Shown here in pieces: positions 45,884 through 64,000 of a stretch of DNA of 64,000 nucleotides. The translations under genes were made by a program, and so were the position numbers. Source of the stretch: the human T2T-CHM13v2.0 reference genome, Homo sapiens; assembly GCF_009914755.1 (NCBI RefSeq), contig NC_060933.1. One strand, 5' to 3'. The stretch's first letter is position 1, and each line of letters begins with the position of its first letter. Below the pieces are notes generated by a model. It made no database searches, had not been told where the DNA came from, and worked only from the letters and a program-made list of their open reading frames with translations.

Positions 45884-45950
45884 AAGAATAGAGGTGTACT
45901 TAAGAGACAAAGAATATTGCCATTAAGGATGTTTTTAAGAAGCCAAGTCC

Positions 45951-48900
45951 AAGATCAAAAAAGACAAAGGAGAGCATTACATAATGGTGTAAAGAGTTCA
46001 ATTCAACAAGAAGATCTAACTATCCTAAATATATGTGCACCCAATACAGGAGCACCCAGATTCATAAAGCAAGTTCTTAGAGACTTACAAAGAGACATAG
46101 AGTCTCACACAATAACAGTGGGAGATTTCAACACTCCACTAACAGTTATTAGATAGATCACCAAGGCAGAAAATTAAAAAACATATTCAGGACCTGAACT
46201 CAGCATTAGATCAAATGTATCTGATTGACCTCTACAGAACTCTCCACTCAAAAACAACAGAATATACATTCTTCTCATCACCACATGGCACATACTCTAA
46301 AATCAGCCACATAATTGGACATAAAACAATGCTTAGCAAATGTAAAAGAACCGAATTCTTACCAAACACACTCTTGGACGACAGTGCAGTAAAAATAAAA
46401 GTTGAGACTAAGAAAATCACTCAAAACCATACAATTACATGGAAATTAAACAACATGTTTCTGAATGACTTTTGGGTAAATAATGAAATTAAGGCAGATA
46501 TCAAGAAGTTCTTTGAAAATAATGTGAACAAAGATACAACATACCAGAATCTCTGGGACACAGGTAAGGCAATGATAAGAGGGAAATTCATAGCACTACC
46601 TGCCCACATCAAAAAGTTAGAAAAATCTCAAAAAGTTAGAAAGATCTCAAATTAACAACCTAATATCACCACTAAAAGAATTACAGAAGCAATAACAAAT
46701 CAACCCCAAAGCTAGCAGAAGACAAGACATAACCAAAATTGGAGCTGAATGGAAGAAAATTAAGACACAAAAATAATTCAAAAGATTGATGAATCCAGGA
46801 TTATTTTTTTGAAAAAATTAGTAAGATAGGCCAACACCTAGACTAATAAAGAAAAAAAGAGAGAAGGTCCAAATAAACACAACTAAAATTTTGAGACCCG
46901 GTGTGGTGGCTCATACCTGTAATCCCAGTGCTTTGGGAGACTGAAGCGGGTAGATCACTTGAGGCCAGGAGTTTGAGAGCAGCCTGACAAACGTGGTGAA
47001 ACCCTCTCTACTAAAAATACAAAAATTAGCTGGGCATGGTGGCACACAACTGTAGTTCCAACTACTCAGGAGGCCGAGGCACAAGAATTGCTTGAACCCA
47101 GGAGGCAGAGCCTGCAGTGTGCCAAGATGGTGCCACTGTACACCAGCCTGGATGACAAAGCAAGACTCTGTCTCAAAAAAAAAAAAAAGAAATGAAAGGA
47201 ATGCTAACACTGACTGCACAAAAATAAAAATAATCAAATAACCACTAAAAACTACTCTGAACACCTCTATGCACACAAACTAGAAAACCTTGAAAACATG
47301 GATAAATTCCTGGACACATATACCCACCCAAGACTAAGCCAGGAAGAAATTGATTGCCTGAACAGACCAGTAACAAGCTCCAAAATTGAACCAGTAACAA
47401 ATAGCCTACCAACCAAAAAAAGCTCAGGACCTGATGGATTCATAGCTGAATTCTACCAGATGTACAAAGAACTGGTACCATTCCTAGGGAAAGTACCCCC
47501 CCAAAAATTGAGAAGGAGTGACTCCTCTTTAGCACATTCTATGAGGCCACCATCATCCTGATACTAAAACCTGGCAGAGCCACAATGACCAAAAAGAAAA
47601 CTTCAGGCCAATATCCTTGATGAACATCATGCAAAAATCCTCAGCAAAATACTTGCAAACCAAATCCAGCAGCACATCAAAAAGCTAATCCACCATGATC
47701 AAATAGTCTTCATTCCTGGGATGCAAGGTTGGTTCTACATATGCAAATCAATAAATGTGATTCATCACATAAACAGAACTAAAGACAAAAATCACATGAT
47801 TATCTCAATCAATGCAGAAAAAAAGCTCTAGATAAAATTTAACACCCTTTCATGTTAAAAACTCTCAATAAAGTAGGTGTTGAAGGAATATACCTCAAAA
47901 TAATAAGAGACATCTATGACACATCCACAGCCAATATCACTTTGAACGGGCAAAAGCCGGAAGCTTTTTGCTCTTGAAAACTGGCACAAAACAAGGCTGC
48001 CCTCTCTCACCACTCCTATTCAAAATAGTTGTGAAAGTCCTAGCCAGAGCAATCATGAAAGAGAAAGAAGTAAAGAGCATCTAGATAGGAAAAGAAGTCA
48101 AACTATCTCTGTTTGCAGATGACATGATGTTATATCCAGAAGCCTCATTCCTTCAGCCCAAAAGCTCCTTTAGCTGATAAACAACTTTAGCAAAGTCTCA
48201 GGATACAAAATCAATGTACAAAAATCACTAGAATTCCTATACACCGACAGCAGCCAAAACAAGAGCCAAATCAGAAAAGCATTCCCACTCACAATAGCCA
48301 CAAAAGGGATAAAATACCTAGGAATACAGCTAACCAGGGAGGTGTAGAATTCTCTACAATGAGAATTACAAAACACTGCTCAAAGACATCAGAGATGACA
48401 CAAACAAATGAAAAAATATCTCAGGCTCATGGATAGGAAGAATCAACATAATTAAAATGGTCATAATGCCCAAAGCAATTTACAGATTCAATACTATTCA
48501 TATCAAACTACCAATGACATTCTTCACAAAACTAGGAAAACTATATTAAAATTAATATAGAACCAAAAAACTAAGGCCTGAATAGCCAAGACAATCCTAA
48601 GTAAAGAGGAGAAAAGCTGGAGGCATTATGTTACTCAACTTCAAACTATATTACAGGGTTACAGTAACAAAAACAACATGGTACTGGTACAAAAACAGGC
48701 AAATAAACCAACAGAACAGAATCAAGAGCCCAGAAATAAGGTTGCACACCTATGACCACCTGATCTTCAACAAAGCTGACAAAAGCAAGCAATGGGGAAA
48801 CAATTCCCTATTTGATAAATGGTGCTGGGATAACTGGCTAGCCATATGCAGAAAACTGAAGCATCCACTCTTCCTTACACCACCCTTCCTTACACCAGAT

Positions 48901-50091
48901 ACAGAAATCAACTCAAAAGGATTAAAGACATAGTGTAAAACCCAAAACTATGAAAACCCATGAAGACAAACTAGGCAATATCATCCTGGACATAGGAATA
49001 GGCAAAGATCTCATGACAAAGATGCTAAAAGCAATTGCAACGAAAGCAAACAATGACAAGGGGGATCCAATTTACTTAAGAGCTTCTGCACAACAAAAGA
49101 AAACTATGGACAGAGTTAACAGACAACCTACAGACTGGGAGAAAATATTTGCAAACTATGCATCCGACAAAGGTGTGATATTCAGCATTTATAAGGAACA
49201 TAAACAAATTTCCCAGAGAAAAACAAACAACCCCATTAACAAGTGAGCAAAGAACATGAACAGAAACTTTTCAAAGGAAGACACACATGCATCCAACAAG
49301 CATATGAAAAAAACTTCAATATCTATCACTAATCATTAGAGAAATGCACATCAAAACCATAGTGACATACTGTCTCATACCAGTCAGAAAGGCTATTGTT
49401 AAAAAGTCAAAAAATAGCAGATGCTGGTGAGAATGCAGAGAAAAAGGAACACTTAGACACATTGGTGGGATGTAAATTAGTTTAACCATTGTGGAAAGCA
49501 ATATGGTGATTCCTCAAAGAGCTAAAAGCAGAACTGCTATTTAACTCAGTAATCCCAGTACTGGGTATATACCCAGAGGAATATAAACCAGTCTACCATA
49601 AAGACACTTGCACATGTAAATGTTCATCGCAGCAATATTCACAATAGCAAAGACATGGAATCAGCCTAAATGCCCATCAATGACAGATTGGATAAAGAAA
49701 ATGTGGTACATATACACCATGGAGTACCATGCAGCTGTAAAAAAGAATGAGATTATGTCGTTTGCAGGAACATGGCTAGAGCTGGAGGCTATTATCCTCA
49801 GCAACTAACGCAGGAACAGAAAACCAAATACTGCATGTTCTTACTTGTAAGTGAAGGCTAAATGATGAGAACTTATTAACACAAAGAGGGAAACAGCAGA
49901 CACTGGGGTCTGCTTGAGCATGCAGTGTGGGAGGTGGGAGAGGAGTGGAAACAGTAACTGTTGGGTACTGGGCTTAATTCCTGGGTGATTAAATAACCTG
50001 TACAACAAGACCCCATGACATGAGTTTACCTTTGTAACAAATCTTCACATGTACCCCTGACCTTACAATAAAAGTTAAAAGAAAAAAAAAA
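45951..50091 (+). mobile_element. 5'-truncated L1PA (old, PA15/16-like), ORF2 to poly(A), degenerate
   Basis: Endonuclease remnants (LTILNICAPNTGAPRFIKQ, TVGDFNTPL), RT motif SLFADDM, A tail, and TSD aagccaagtcc (45940-45950 / 50092-50102). Confidence 0.92.
46894..47188 (+). mobile_element. Alu nested in L1
   Basis: Full Alu dimer. Confidence 0.92.
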
Positions 50092-50409
50092 AAGCCAAGT
50101 CCCTTAAAAAGTCTCCTAAGCCATTTGGCTGGGGAAACCATTTTCTCCTTAGAGACTAAGCCTGTCTGGAGGGGCGTGAGCTATGTTGGCTGCTTCTCAG
50201 GCACGTGCTGCCACGACTTCTTGATTCATTTCTCTTTATCATTCATGAATGAAAAGCATTGGGAACTCACCAGTGCACAAGCACCTTCTTGAAAACTCAG
50301 TATGTAGTCTAAGGCGAGCTAGTTTTGTAAAGTCATTTTAGAAGCTCCAATACCTCATGGATTTATGAAACAAAAGCTTATATTAAGTTTGAGATGAACT
50401 CTACTAATT

Positions 50410-51638
50410 ATTTTTTAAATTATTATTTCAATAGCTTAAGGGGTACAAATAGTTTTTGGTTATATGAATAAATTGTATAGTGGAGAAGTCTGGGCTTTTA
50501 CTGTATCTGTCACCAAATAATTTACAGTGTACCCAAGAGGTGATTTTTTTTTATCCCTCTCCCTTCCTCTCTGAGCCTCCAATGTCCATTATGCCCCTCT
50601 GTATACCTTGTGTACCCATAGCTTAGCTCCCACTTATATGTAAGAACATGCAGTATTTGGTTTTTCCATTCCTGAGTTACTTCACTTATGGTAATGGCCT
50701 CCAGTTCCAAGTTGCTGCAAAAGACATTTGTGTGCGTGTGTGGCTAAGTAGTATTCCTTTTTGTTGTTGTTGTTGAGATGGAGTCTCGCTCTGTTGCCCA
50801 GCCTGGAGTGCAGTGGTGTGATCTCAGCTCACTGCGACCTCTACCTCCCGGGTTCAAGCAATTCTCTGCCTCAGCCTCCCGAGGAGCTGGGATTACATGT
50901 GCCCGCCACCATGCCCAGCTAATTTTTGTATTTTCAGTAGAGATGGGGTTTCACCATCTTGGCCAGGCTGGTCTTGAACTCCTGACCTCATGATCCACCT
51001 GCCTCGGCCTCCCCAACTGCTGGGATTACAGGCGTGAGCCACCTGGCTGGGCCTGTAGTATTCCATTTTTTATATGTACCACATTTTCCTTATCCACTCC
51101 TCCGTTGATTGGCACTCAGCTTGATTCCGTATCTCTGCTATCGTGAATTGTGCTGTGATAAACATCCATGTGCAAGTGTTCTTTATATATAATGACTTCT
51201 TTTCCTTGGGTAGATACCAGTAGTGGGATTGCTGATTGAATAGTAGATCTACATTTAGTTCCTTGAGAAATCTCCACATCGTTTTTCACAGAGGTTGTAC
51301 TAATTTTCATTCCCACCAACAGTGTATGAGCATTCTCTTTCACCACATCTGTGCCAACATCTGTTTTTGTTTGTTTGTTTGTTTGTGTTTTAACCTTTTG
51401 GCTAGGGTAAGATAATTCTGACTAGATGGTATCTCACTGTGATTTTAATTTGAATTTCCATGATGATTAGTGATGTTGAGCATTTGTTCATATATTTGTT
51501 GGCCGTTTCCATATCTTCTTTTGAGAAATATCTGTTCATGTCATTTGCCCACTTTTTAGTAGGATTATGTGTTTTTTTTCTTGCTAATTTGTTGGAGTTC
51601 CTTTTAGATTATGGATACTAGTCCTTCGTCAGATGTAT
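50410..51638 (-). mobile_element. L1PB-type 3' end
   Basis: Antisense ORF2 C-terminus and 3' UTR (cccatagcttagctcccacttat; MELEAITISEVTQEWK). Confidence 0.85.
50758..51053 (-). mobile_element. AluS nested in L1PB
   Basis: gtagtattcc flanks both sides. Confidence 0.95.
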
Positions 51639-51639
51639 C

Positions 51640-55650
<4,011 letters not shown>

Positions 55651-55669
55651 CTAGAGTGCTCTGGGGTCC

Positions 55670-56169
55670 ACTGTACTTCTGGGATAAAACGCCAAGGCCA
55701 CGACTCTCTTGCTCATTTACAAACAAAAAATTGAGGGCTAGCTAAACAAGGACAGAGTGGAAGCAGCTTTCTGTAAGACACACCCACCAGTGTGCCCTGT
55801 CAGTTTACCATTGCCATGGCAACACTCAGGCATTACCACCCCTTTCAGCAGCAATGACCTGATGACCCAAAAGTTACCACCCTTTTCCTAGCAATTTCTG
55901 CACAAACCACCCCTGAATCTACATGTAATTAAAAGTAGGTATACATATGACAGCAAAACTGGGCTCAGCTGCTACTCTCGGCACCCTGCCTATGGGGCAA
56001 CCCTGGGAGCAGTCACTGAGCTGTGACCCTGCAGGAGCTGTAACAGTGCTGCTTTGATAAAGGTGTTTTCTTCCACCTTACCACTGGCTCGCCCTTGAAT
56101 CCTTTCCTGGGTGAAGCCAAGAACCCTTGCAGGCTAAGCACCACTTTGGGGTTCGCCTACCTTGCATCA
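55670..56169 (+). mobile_element. MER50-like ERV1 LTR (5' incomplete)
   Basis: gtttaccattgccatggcaacac...ggtgaagccaagaaccc...ttgcatca. Confidence 0.7.
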
Positions 56170-58019
56170 GCATCAGGTTTTTTTTTTAAACTTGTAAAAT
56201 AGTTTTTGTGACTCTGTCATGTATTTTGCAGTCATGAACTAATATTTTTTCCCTCAATTGTCAGTTGCAGTTTCCTCAAAGATCATTATAAATACTCCTT
56301 AACCTACAAAGTTTGGCAGTCACAGCCTACTCTTTGAGGAACAGCCTGACTCACCATCAAGTGGCTCCTCAGGTGGTTTTACTTCCCATGTTTCCCATGT
56401 GAGGTACTAAGCCTCAGTGATTCCTGGCAAAACTTGTATTCTCTGTTAGTATTGCGCTAACTTTGGAGTGAGTTTCTTTTGGTGAGTAATAATTTTAGTC
56501 AATGATACTACTGATTATTTTATCTTTTTTTAGGCTTATGATGAATACCTGATTTATGATTAGTATGTTTTTCACTTTTACACATTTCAAGGAAGGAAAC
56601 AAGAACAGACAGAAACACAACATACTTCATGAAACCACATTTTAGCATCCTGGCCGAGTATTCATCACTCAGCAAGATAGAGAGACATAAACTATTTCTA
56701 GCAAGAATACTTCATAAATGATGAATAGAAGAAAAATAGAAGTCCTAAAAATCTTGCAGAACTGTCTTAATTTACTAATATATTTACACTGTATCCTAAG
56801 TCACTCTCTAGCTTCTTGCTCTAAGCATATGAAATGTAAGAGCTAATGGGAACCCCAGTGCCTGTATAAATAACAAGAACCAGCATGTCTTTATTTATGG
56901 CAGGGAATACTCTACAACCTGGGACAGATGCCACTCTGCTTCAGTTTGGGGAAGCTCCTCACTTTACCATCCTGACGTTGAATAAATGATTCAAAGGCAA
57001 CCTGATGCAACCTGAGCCACTGGATGGCTTCTGTAAATAAAGTTATCTCACCTGGCATTCATTACAGAGAAAACAAGAAATAAGGCACTACATGTCATAT
57101 TTGTCTAGATCCTATACATATTTAGGTTCACATTAAAATGAAGAGAAAACAACATAGGCTGAGAATCAGAAAACCTGAACTCTGTCCCAGCTCAGCTACT
57201 GACCAAAGAGAATTAATGAATCGCTTTAAATGTCAGTTTCTTCATTAAGCATCGTAGAGAATGTCAAAACCAAGTTTACAAATACTGTCATTCCAAAACC
57301 ACACAACTCAAATATAAATAATCTTTATAAGGTAACAAAAATGTACATAATACTTTACATAAACATTTTTAGAATAACTTTATTATAACTCGATAAGCAA
57401 AATAATCCAAACCTTTATACATTTCTACAAGGATAGTCATGTATGTCAATTTTTGGGTTTCCTCTCGTGCCTATTTTGTCTCCTGAGCCAGCCCCTTTCC
57501 AGCTGACACATGTGCTCCGTGTTCTCCCACAATAGCCTGATCTGGCCTGAGTCCACGCCCCTGTGAGCCTCCTTTCTTTGCTTACAACAGCAGCCTGCCT
57601 GATGTCAGTTATGGACTATTCTTTTTTTCAGCCTCGTTTCAGGGTCCCCTGCCTCTTAGAGCTGCTGCTGTAGCTTAGCTAGAGACCCGCTGCTGTTGCA
57701 TCATGGAAAAGTGCCACATATGTGCACATGTGAAAGAATACGCAGACCTTCATGTTGTGTTTTAGTTTTAGAAAAAGTCAGAAGTAGCTTCACTTGATTT
57801 CAGCTTGTAAAGACATAGGAGGGAGGCAACTGGGAATCACCGTTGCAAAAAGCAAACATCAAAAATCACATTAAAATGCTGAAGTGTTGTGGAGCACAAA
57901 CCTAGCTTTATTGGATCAAGCATTTGTGAGAGTTCTTCTACTTGCTTTGTTATGCTTTCTATCAGACAGGGCTCATTCTCTGTCTTTTTTTTTAACATAT
58001 TCATTTTTTTCCTTTGGTC

Positions 58020-58740
58020 TGTTTAGATTATTATCACATCTTATGTTTTAAAACTAGCAAAATATTATGTGTAAGTCATGAAGACAGTGTAAGAAATAAT
58101 AAAATGAACACTGATGTACACATTACCTGCCTAAGAATAAAAAACTACCCGTATTTTTAGAGTCCTTAACACTGTCCTGTTAATGAGTCCCATTTCTTAT
58201 CTTTATAATTTTGCCAAAATAAATGCATTAGTAAAGGACATTGAGCATTATTGTTTCACATATTTTTCAGTTTAAACAAATGGAATCACACTGAATATAT
58301 TTTTCTGAAATTGCTTTTTGGTTCAATATTTAATTTGTAAAATTCATTCTTATGATATGTTTGTCTGTACTTTCTGTGCATTGATTTAGAGTATTCCATC
58401 ACAGGATAATACTATAATGAGCATTCCATTTTATTAGATTGGGGTTATCCATTTTTTTCTATTACAAAACTAGATGTCCTTTTCTTGTATGAGTCTCCTG
58501 GACATAAAAGGTAGATTTTCTCTAAGGTAAAAACCCAACATTCAAATAATTGTGTCAAAAGATTTGTATACTGTTGGTTTTACTACGTTAAAATGAACTG
58601 TTTTCCAATTTATGCTCCCATGAGAAGTTAAAGGTTCTGGTAGATCTATATTCTCAACAATACTTAATAGTATCAAACGTTTTAACGTTAGTCAACTTGG
58701 TTTCTCATTTGAATTGTAATCTGCATTTTTTAGAAGTACT
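58020..58740 (-). mobile_element. L1ME-type fragment
   Basis: acaaatggaatcacac...tttccaatttatgctccca. Confidence 0.55.
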
Positions 58741-59227
58741 GAATCAAGGTAAGAATCAAGTAATGAAAAACTATTATTTTAGTAAATAAAAATGCTGTAA
58801 AGACAATAAAGCAAATGAATGTAATCAAAAGTGGAGACGGGCTACTTCATTCTGATAGTCAAAGATGGCCTTGCTGGTCATCTGAGTTGAGAGGTGGCTA
58901 GTAAGACGAGAAGAGATGTTAAGTAGCTGTGGAAGGGGCCTGCTGGCACAGGGCATGCTCCAAAGCCCTGAAAAGAGGCAAACATTCTTTCCCTCTAAAT
59001 ACCTGAACTAAGTAAAAACAGTCCTGGCTTTGCACATTTGAATATGCACAGGTTTAATTAACATAGTTTAGTTAAATAGCACTAGTCTCCCAACAACCTG
59101 GTTACAATTTCGGTTACCACCATATGCTAACTGTGAGCAACTGCATAAAATCCAAACTTCATTCCCAGCTCTTAATTCCACAAATGCCTGTGTGAGTAAA
59201 TAACAGACAAGCATCATGATCAGGGAC

Positions 59228-59692
59228 TGTATTAATCTTGTGGGGATGCTGCAACAAAGTACAAAAAACCGGGTTGCTTAAAACAACAGAAATGTATTGA
59301 CTCGTAGTTGTGGAGGCTAGAAGTCAAAAAGCAATGTGTTGGTAGGTTCATGCTCTCTGCTGGCTCTAGGGGAGAATCCTTCTTCCCCTCTCCTTCCTGT
59401 TTGGGTTTGCCAGCCATCCTTGGTGTTGTTTGACCTACAGATATGTCACTGCATTTTCTCAGTGTGTCTTCACATCGTCTTTTGTGTGTGTGTGTCTGGA
59501 GCTGTATCCAAATTCTCCTTCACTATAAGACACCAGTTAGTCTATTGGATTAGGACCCACCCTAATGACCTCATTTTAACTTGAGAACCTCTGTAAATGT
59601 GCTATTTCCAAATAAGCTGATATTATTTGGAGATATTGGGGATTAGGATTTCAAACATATCTTTTTTGGGGAACACAATTCACTTCCTTCAA
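59228..59692 (-). mobile_element. MLT1 LTR
   Basis: tgtatt...gcttaaaacaacagaaatgtatt...ggattaggacccaccctaatgacctcattttaac. Confidence 0.8.
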
Positions 59693-60290
59693 AGCCTGCC
59701 AGTGACTGATCAATGTGCATCAGCTAGTTCGCACACAGACAGCAAAGTCTGCAATCGTGTTGATTCCTTGTCTCCCAGTGAGAAACCCATGTGACATTTA
59801 TAAATATGAATAATCAGAAGAAAAAACTTGTCAACAACCATTGATGTGCAGCAAAGAAATAAAAAATGTGATAACCCTGGAAGTGGATTCAAATACAATG
59901 TAAATGGAATCATAGAATTGGCTCACCACAGGAAACGCGGCAAGAGGAACTCGGCGCAACGCAGTGTTCTGACATAAATGAGGAACGCAGCTGTGATTAA
60001 AAGGATGAAGAAGCCCCAGAGGAAGTGATGCCGGCAAAGACAGCAACAAACTTCATATTAAAGGAACTCTTGTAGATATTGCATGACGTTGACAATGTTA
60101 GATGCTGTTCCAAAAACAGCACGACAGTTCACCAAGGCATAGAAACACTGCTGGCTCCTTATCATAAGCTATACGACAAGAGGGAGGCAAGCACTTTTCA
60201 AACTGGGCTTGATACACGTCTATAAATAAATAAAGCACTTTAATTGGCTGTTGTTTAATGTTTTAAATTACAGTGTATAAACTAAGTACT

Positions 60291-60618
<328 letters not shown>

Positions 60619-61309
60619 TTATAACCAACAGTAAGAGATTTTTAATGTTTTGGCCAAAATTTTTAAATGACACAGAACAGTCGATGTTTCACATGGATTG
60701 TTTAGGTCACTTTACAGATCTTCAGCTTGCATAGTGATTTGTATGGCCCTGCACTGCTGTGCAAAGAGAGGACTGTTTGTGTTCTTAACCAGTAAGAAGG
60801 AGGGCAAGAAAGAGGTTCTCAGCCAGATATTGCATATGTAATAAAATGATGGGAGAGGGAATAACACTTTAGATATGAAATGTACCATGTGGGGAAGCTA
60901 TTTGAACAACAACAAAATAGCTTAATTTAACCCGATGGAGTACACTCAGCCACCTTCTAGATGTCCCTGCTTATTCTTCAAATCTTCTCTTTTGTGGCCC
61001 CAAAGAATGATTCACTCTCTGGAGTGAAAAATAACCGTTGCTTTCTTTGCCTGGAACTTTAAACTGACTTGTGCTGTATCATCCAAACCTACTCAATCCT
61101 CTCTTCTCCATTAATCAGTGAGGTCCAAAGGAGCCAAAGACAAATCTCTCCTGTTTTTCTTAGAAATGTAAAGATGTTGCATCTGTAACCACAGGCTGCT
61201 TTTAATCCTAAAAGTCAGCGTGATAATGAAATCCAGTGATTAATTTCTGTCTTCTAATCAATAAGTAGACATATCAATTTATAGTATGTTAGAAAGCCTC
61301 AACTTCACT

Positions 61310-62130
61310 GAAACAAAAAGCAAGAGGCTCTGCAAATGTTGGAGTGTGCTAAAGGAAAAGCATGGACTGATGTTTGGGGAAAGGTTGGTCAATGTGATGA
61401 GGCCATCTGTGTTTGCTAATAGTGCTTATCAAAATTAGGTTCCTACGCAGAGACAGAGACCAGGAGACAATCCTGTATCCTTCTTGATCCTTATAGTCCA
61501 AAGGGATGGCTCCCAAGTCTTTCAGAAAGACATTTCCATGTTGTAGGAGATTTAAAGGGGCAGAGAAAGGGTTTATAACTGCAGGTTATCTGTCTTTTTT
61601 TTTTTTTTTTTTCCAGACAGAATCTCACTCTGAGCACAATCTCGGCTCACTGCAACCTCCGCCTCCCAGGTTCAAGAGATTCTCCTGCCTCAGCTTGCTG
61701 AGTAGCTGGGATTGCGTGTGTGTGCCATGACGCCCAGCTAATTTTTCTCTTTTTAGTAGAGACAGGGTTTCACCATGTTGGCCAAAATGTTCTCGATCTC
61801 TTGACCTCGTGATCTGCCCTCCTCGGCCTCCAAAAGTGCTGGGATAACAGGTGTGAGCCACCACGCCTGGCCATTGCAGGTTTTCTAAAGTTAAACCTCT
61901 TAGAAATGGGAGGTCAGGGACCTATAGTCAAGTTTTGGGTGGGACAAACAGTAAATTCTTTTGGCAGAATTGAATGTTCCCAGGCAGGTGCTTTAGAGGG
62001 GTATGGGGCATCGTAGGGACGTGGCTCGGAGCTGATAGACACTGTGTTGGAATTTGGCCAAGTCTCTTAGTGTATGTATGAGGAGGAGGGATGTGCAGAA
62101 GAAGTTGTCTGTGCCAAGAATTTATGGTTT
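61310..62130 (-). mobile_element. MER31/MER67-like ERV1 LTR, interrupted by Alu
   Basis: aaacagtaaattcttttggcag is the reverse complement of the related LTR motif at ~63430. Confidence 0.5.
61595..61872 (-). mobile_element. Alu with a small internal deletion
   Basis: tgcaggtt flanks both sides. Confidence 0.92.
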
Positions 62131-62792
62131 TCACAGGTTAAGACAGTGGTGCCTGGGATCATCTGCAAGGCATGAGTCAAATGTTGACACAATGATTGTT
62201 TGCAGACTCATCTGAGGGCTTAGGCAGATCTGGACCTGTTGATACTGAAGTTTCTGAAGGTAGAGGAAGAAAACATAATGTCTCAATAATATCTGAAGTA
62301 GGGGTAGGAAAACAGAGATTTAAGGAGGTGAGATCCCTTAAGGCCTCAGAAAGAAGCTTCACTTCTTGCGCCTCCCTTCAGAGTAAATGGGTCATTAAAT
62401 TAGTTTTTGTAACCAACCTGGGAATGATGGTGAAGAAGGGAATAATGAGAGGAAAAACTTTAAATAAGAATGCCTGAGAGATAATACTAGGTCAGTGGGA
62501 GAGAAAGAAATTTCCAAGAAGTTGTCATGGGAAAGGGCTCACGAATAATAAATAAAAAATTAGTTATTAATAATATAAATTAATATATGAAAAATATATA
62601 AGACATCTGCCAACAGCCACACTTACAGCACTAGATGGATTTTAACTGAATTAAAACTTGAGTTTTTAATGAATTTTCTACAATCCAAAATTTATTTGTT
62701 TAATTTTTGTAACAAAACACCATTTCTTTACTTTTTGCAAAAGTAAAAGTAAAGTGCTATTTGTACTTTTTAAATAAAAACTAATTTTAAAG

Positions 62793-62937
62793 AAAAAAAT
62801 AATTAGCTGGACGTGGTGGCAGGAGCCTGTAATCCCAGCTACTGGGGAGGCTGAGGCAGGAGAATTGCGGAGGTTGCAGTGAGCCCAGATGGCCCCACTT
62901 CATCCAGCCTGGGTGACAGAGTGAGACTCTGTCTCAA
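62793..62937 (+). mobile_element. Alu right arm only, with an internal deletion and no tail
   Basis: aattagctggacgtggtggc...gagactctgtctcaa. Confidence 0.85.
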
Positions 62938-63299
62938 GCTTCTTCAGTACTCACATGTAAACTTCTACTTTCCCCTTCAGATTACAGCAACCATCATGCC
63001 AAAGCTATACACTCTCAGGGAATCCCTGTGGATTTCACTGATGACCACTTGACCAACTATTATAAAAATCAAGGCCAGGGGTTCTCAAACTCTCAACATT
63101 TGTGTGCTCATCTCCCCTTCACCCAGAGACTCCCCAGGGCTGCTGGGCCACGCTTTGTTTGGTTTGACTGGAACATAGCTCAAAAGGGATGGAAATTTCC
63201 AAGAGGTGTTAAGAGACACATAAATATTTCAAAGATTAAAATGAAAGAAATAAAGAAATGGGCATTTGTGAGCTTTGGTCATGAGAATGCAGGCCTCGC

Positions 63300-63700
63300 A
63301 GTACTTAGCTACTTCCAAACCCCTGTCCAAAGAGAGGACCAAACGCTAGTGAGGCTTCCGGCAGCACAAGGGTGTCCCGCGGATGACCCCAGCCCTCTTA
63401 AAATGACTGCCTGAAAAAGCTCACTTGCAAAGAAAATTTACTGTTTGTTTCAGGCAAAACCTGGTGATGGGCAGGTAGAGCCCCGAATCCCCTCTTAGAA
63501 CCTTAGAAAGCTTGCAATTATAAATTTTTCTCCACCTTTGAAGTGTAAATCTACATTCCAGAATTGTCTCCTCAAAGACCTGAGAGTTCTCTCTTTGAAA
63601 TGCAAACATTCAGGAAGCTAACTCTTGCTCTTGTTGCCAGTTCCTGAGGGAGGGGAAAGGCCTAGCTTTGGCGAGCACCTTGCTCCAGCTTGCACCTCTG
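63300..63700 (+). mobile_element. MER31/MER67-like ERV1 LTR fragment
   Basis: ctgcctgaaaaagctc...aatttactgtttgtt...tctttgaaatgcaaac. Confidence 0.5.
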
Positions 63701-64000
63701 ACTCTTTTATTGCCATGAAAATCAACATGTAGACTTTTTTCAAACCCAATGACAGCCCATTACAATGGAGGCCATAGCAATGGAGGTCTCTACATGCAAA
63801 AAAAATGGTGGGACAGTTTCCTGATAACAGGTCAACTTTATTCCAAGGATAAGCATGTCATGAAATTATTGGATGGCAGATTATGCTTATCTATGGTCTT
63901 CCTTTTTCTCCTTGGTCTCATCCCAATAACTTACAGATCCTTTAAAGGCAAAGGCCAAATATTCAGCTAAGTTAGGCATACTTTAGATGCCAATATCAAT

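Noticed and set aside
45788-49808. Endonuclease/RT-like ORFs suggesting an active retroelement or a novel RT system
   Set aside because: Fragments of one 5'-truncated L1 with many stops, frameshifts and a nested Alu.
61310-63700. Inverted pair of related LTR fragments as the ends of a single element
   Set aside because: Proviral LTRs are direct repeats. These two are highly diverged and are more simply explained as independent insertions.

Overview
This is primate (human-type) genomic DNA, dense in repeats (Alu, L1, MaLR/ERV LTRs, Tigger/MADE1), with the mosaic look of a pericentromeric segmental duplication. The only clearly recognisable gene content is an unprocessed partial copy of FGF7/KGF on the minus strand: exon 2 (28945-29048), intron 2, exon 3 and the 3' region, with no exon 1 (FGF7P/KGFLP type). 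It keeps canonical splice sites and an open 97-codon frame. Two CpG islands (~1.5-2.3 kb and ~19.4-20.1 kb) look like promoters. I found no evidence of a new multi-gene system. The most unusual signals are three locally templated insertion scars, an unidentified ~480-bp coding-like insert in an L1, a twin-primed L1 cut where the FGF7 block probably begins, and parallel Alu insertions at the same site of two MaLR elements. Repeat subfamily calls were made by eye, and their boundaries are approximate unless target-site duplications (TSDs) are quoted.
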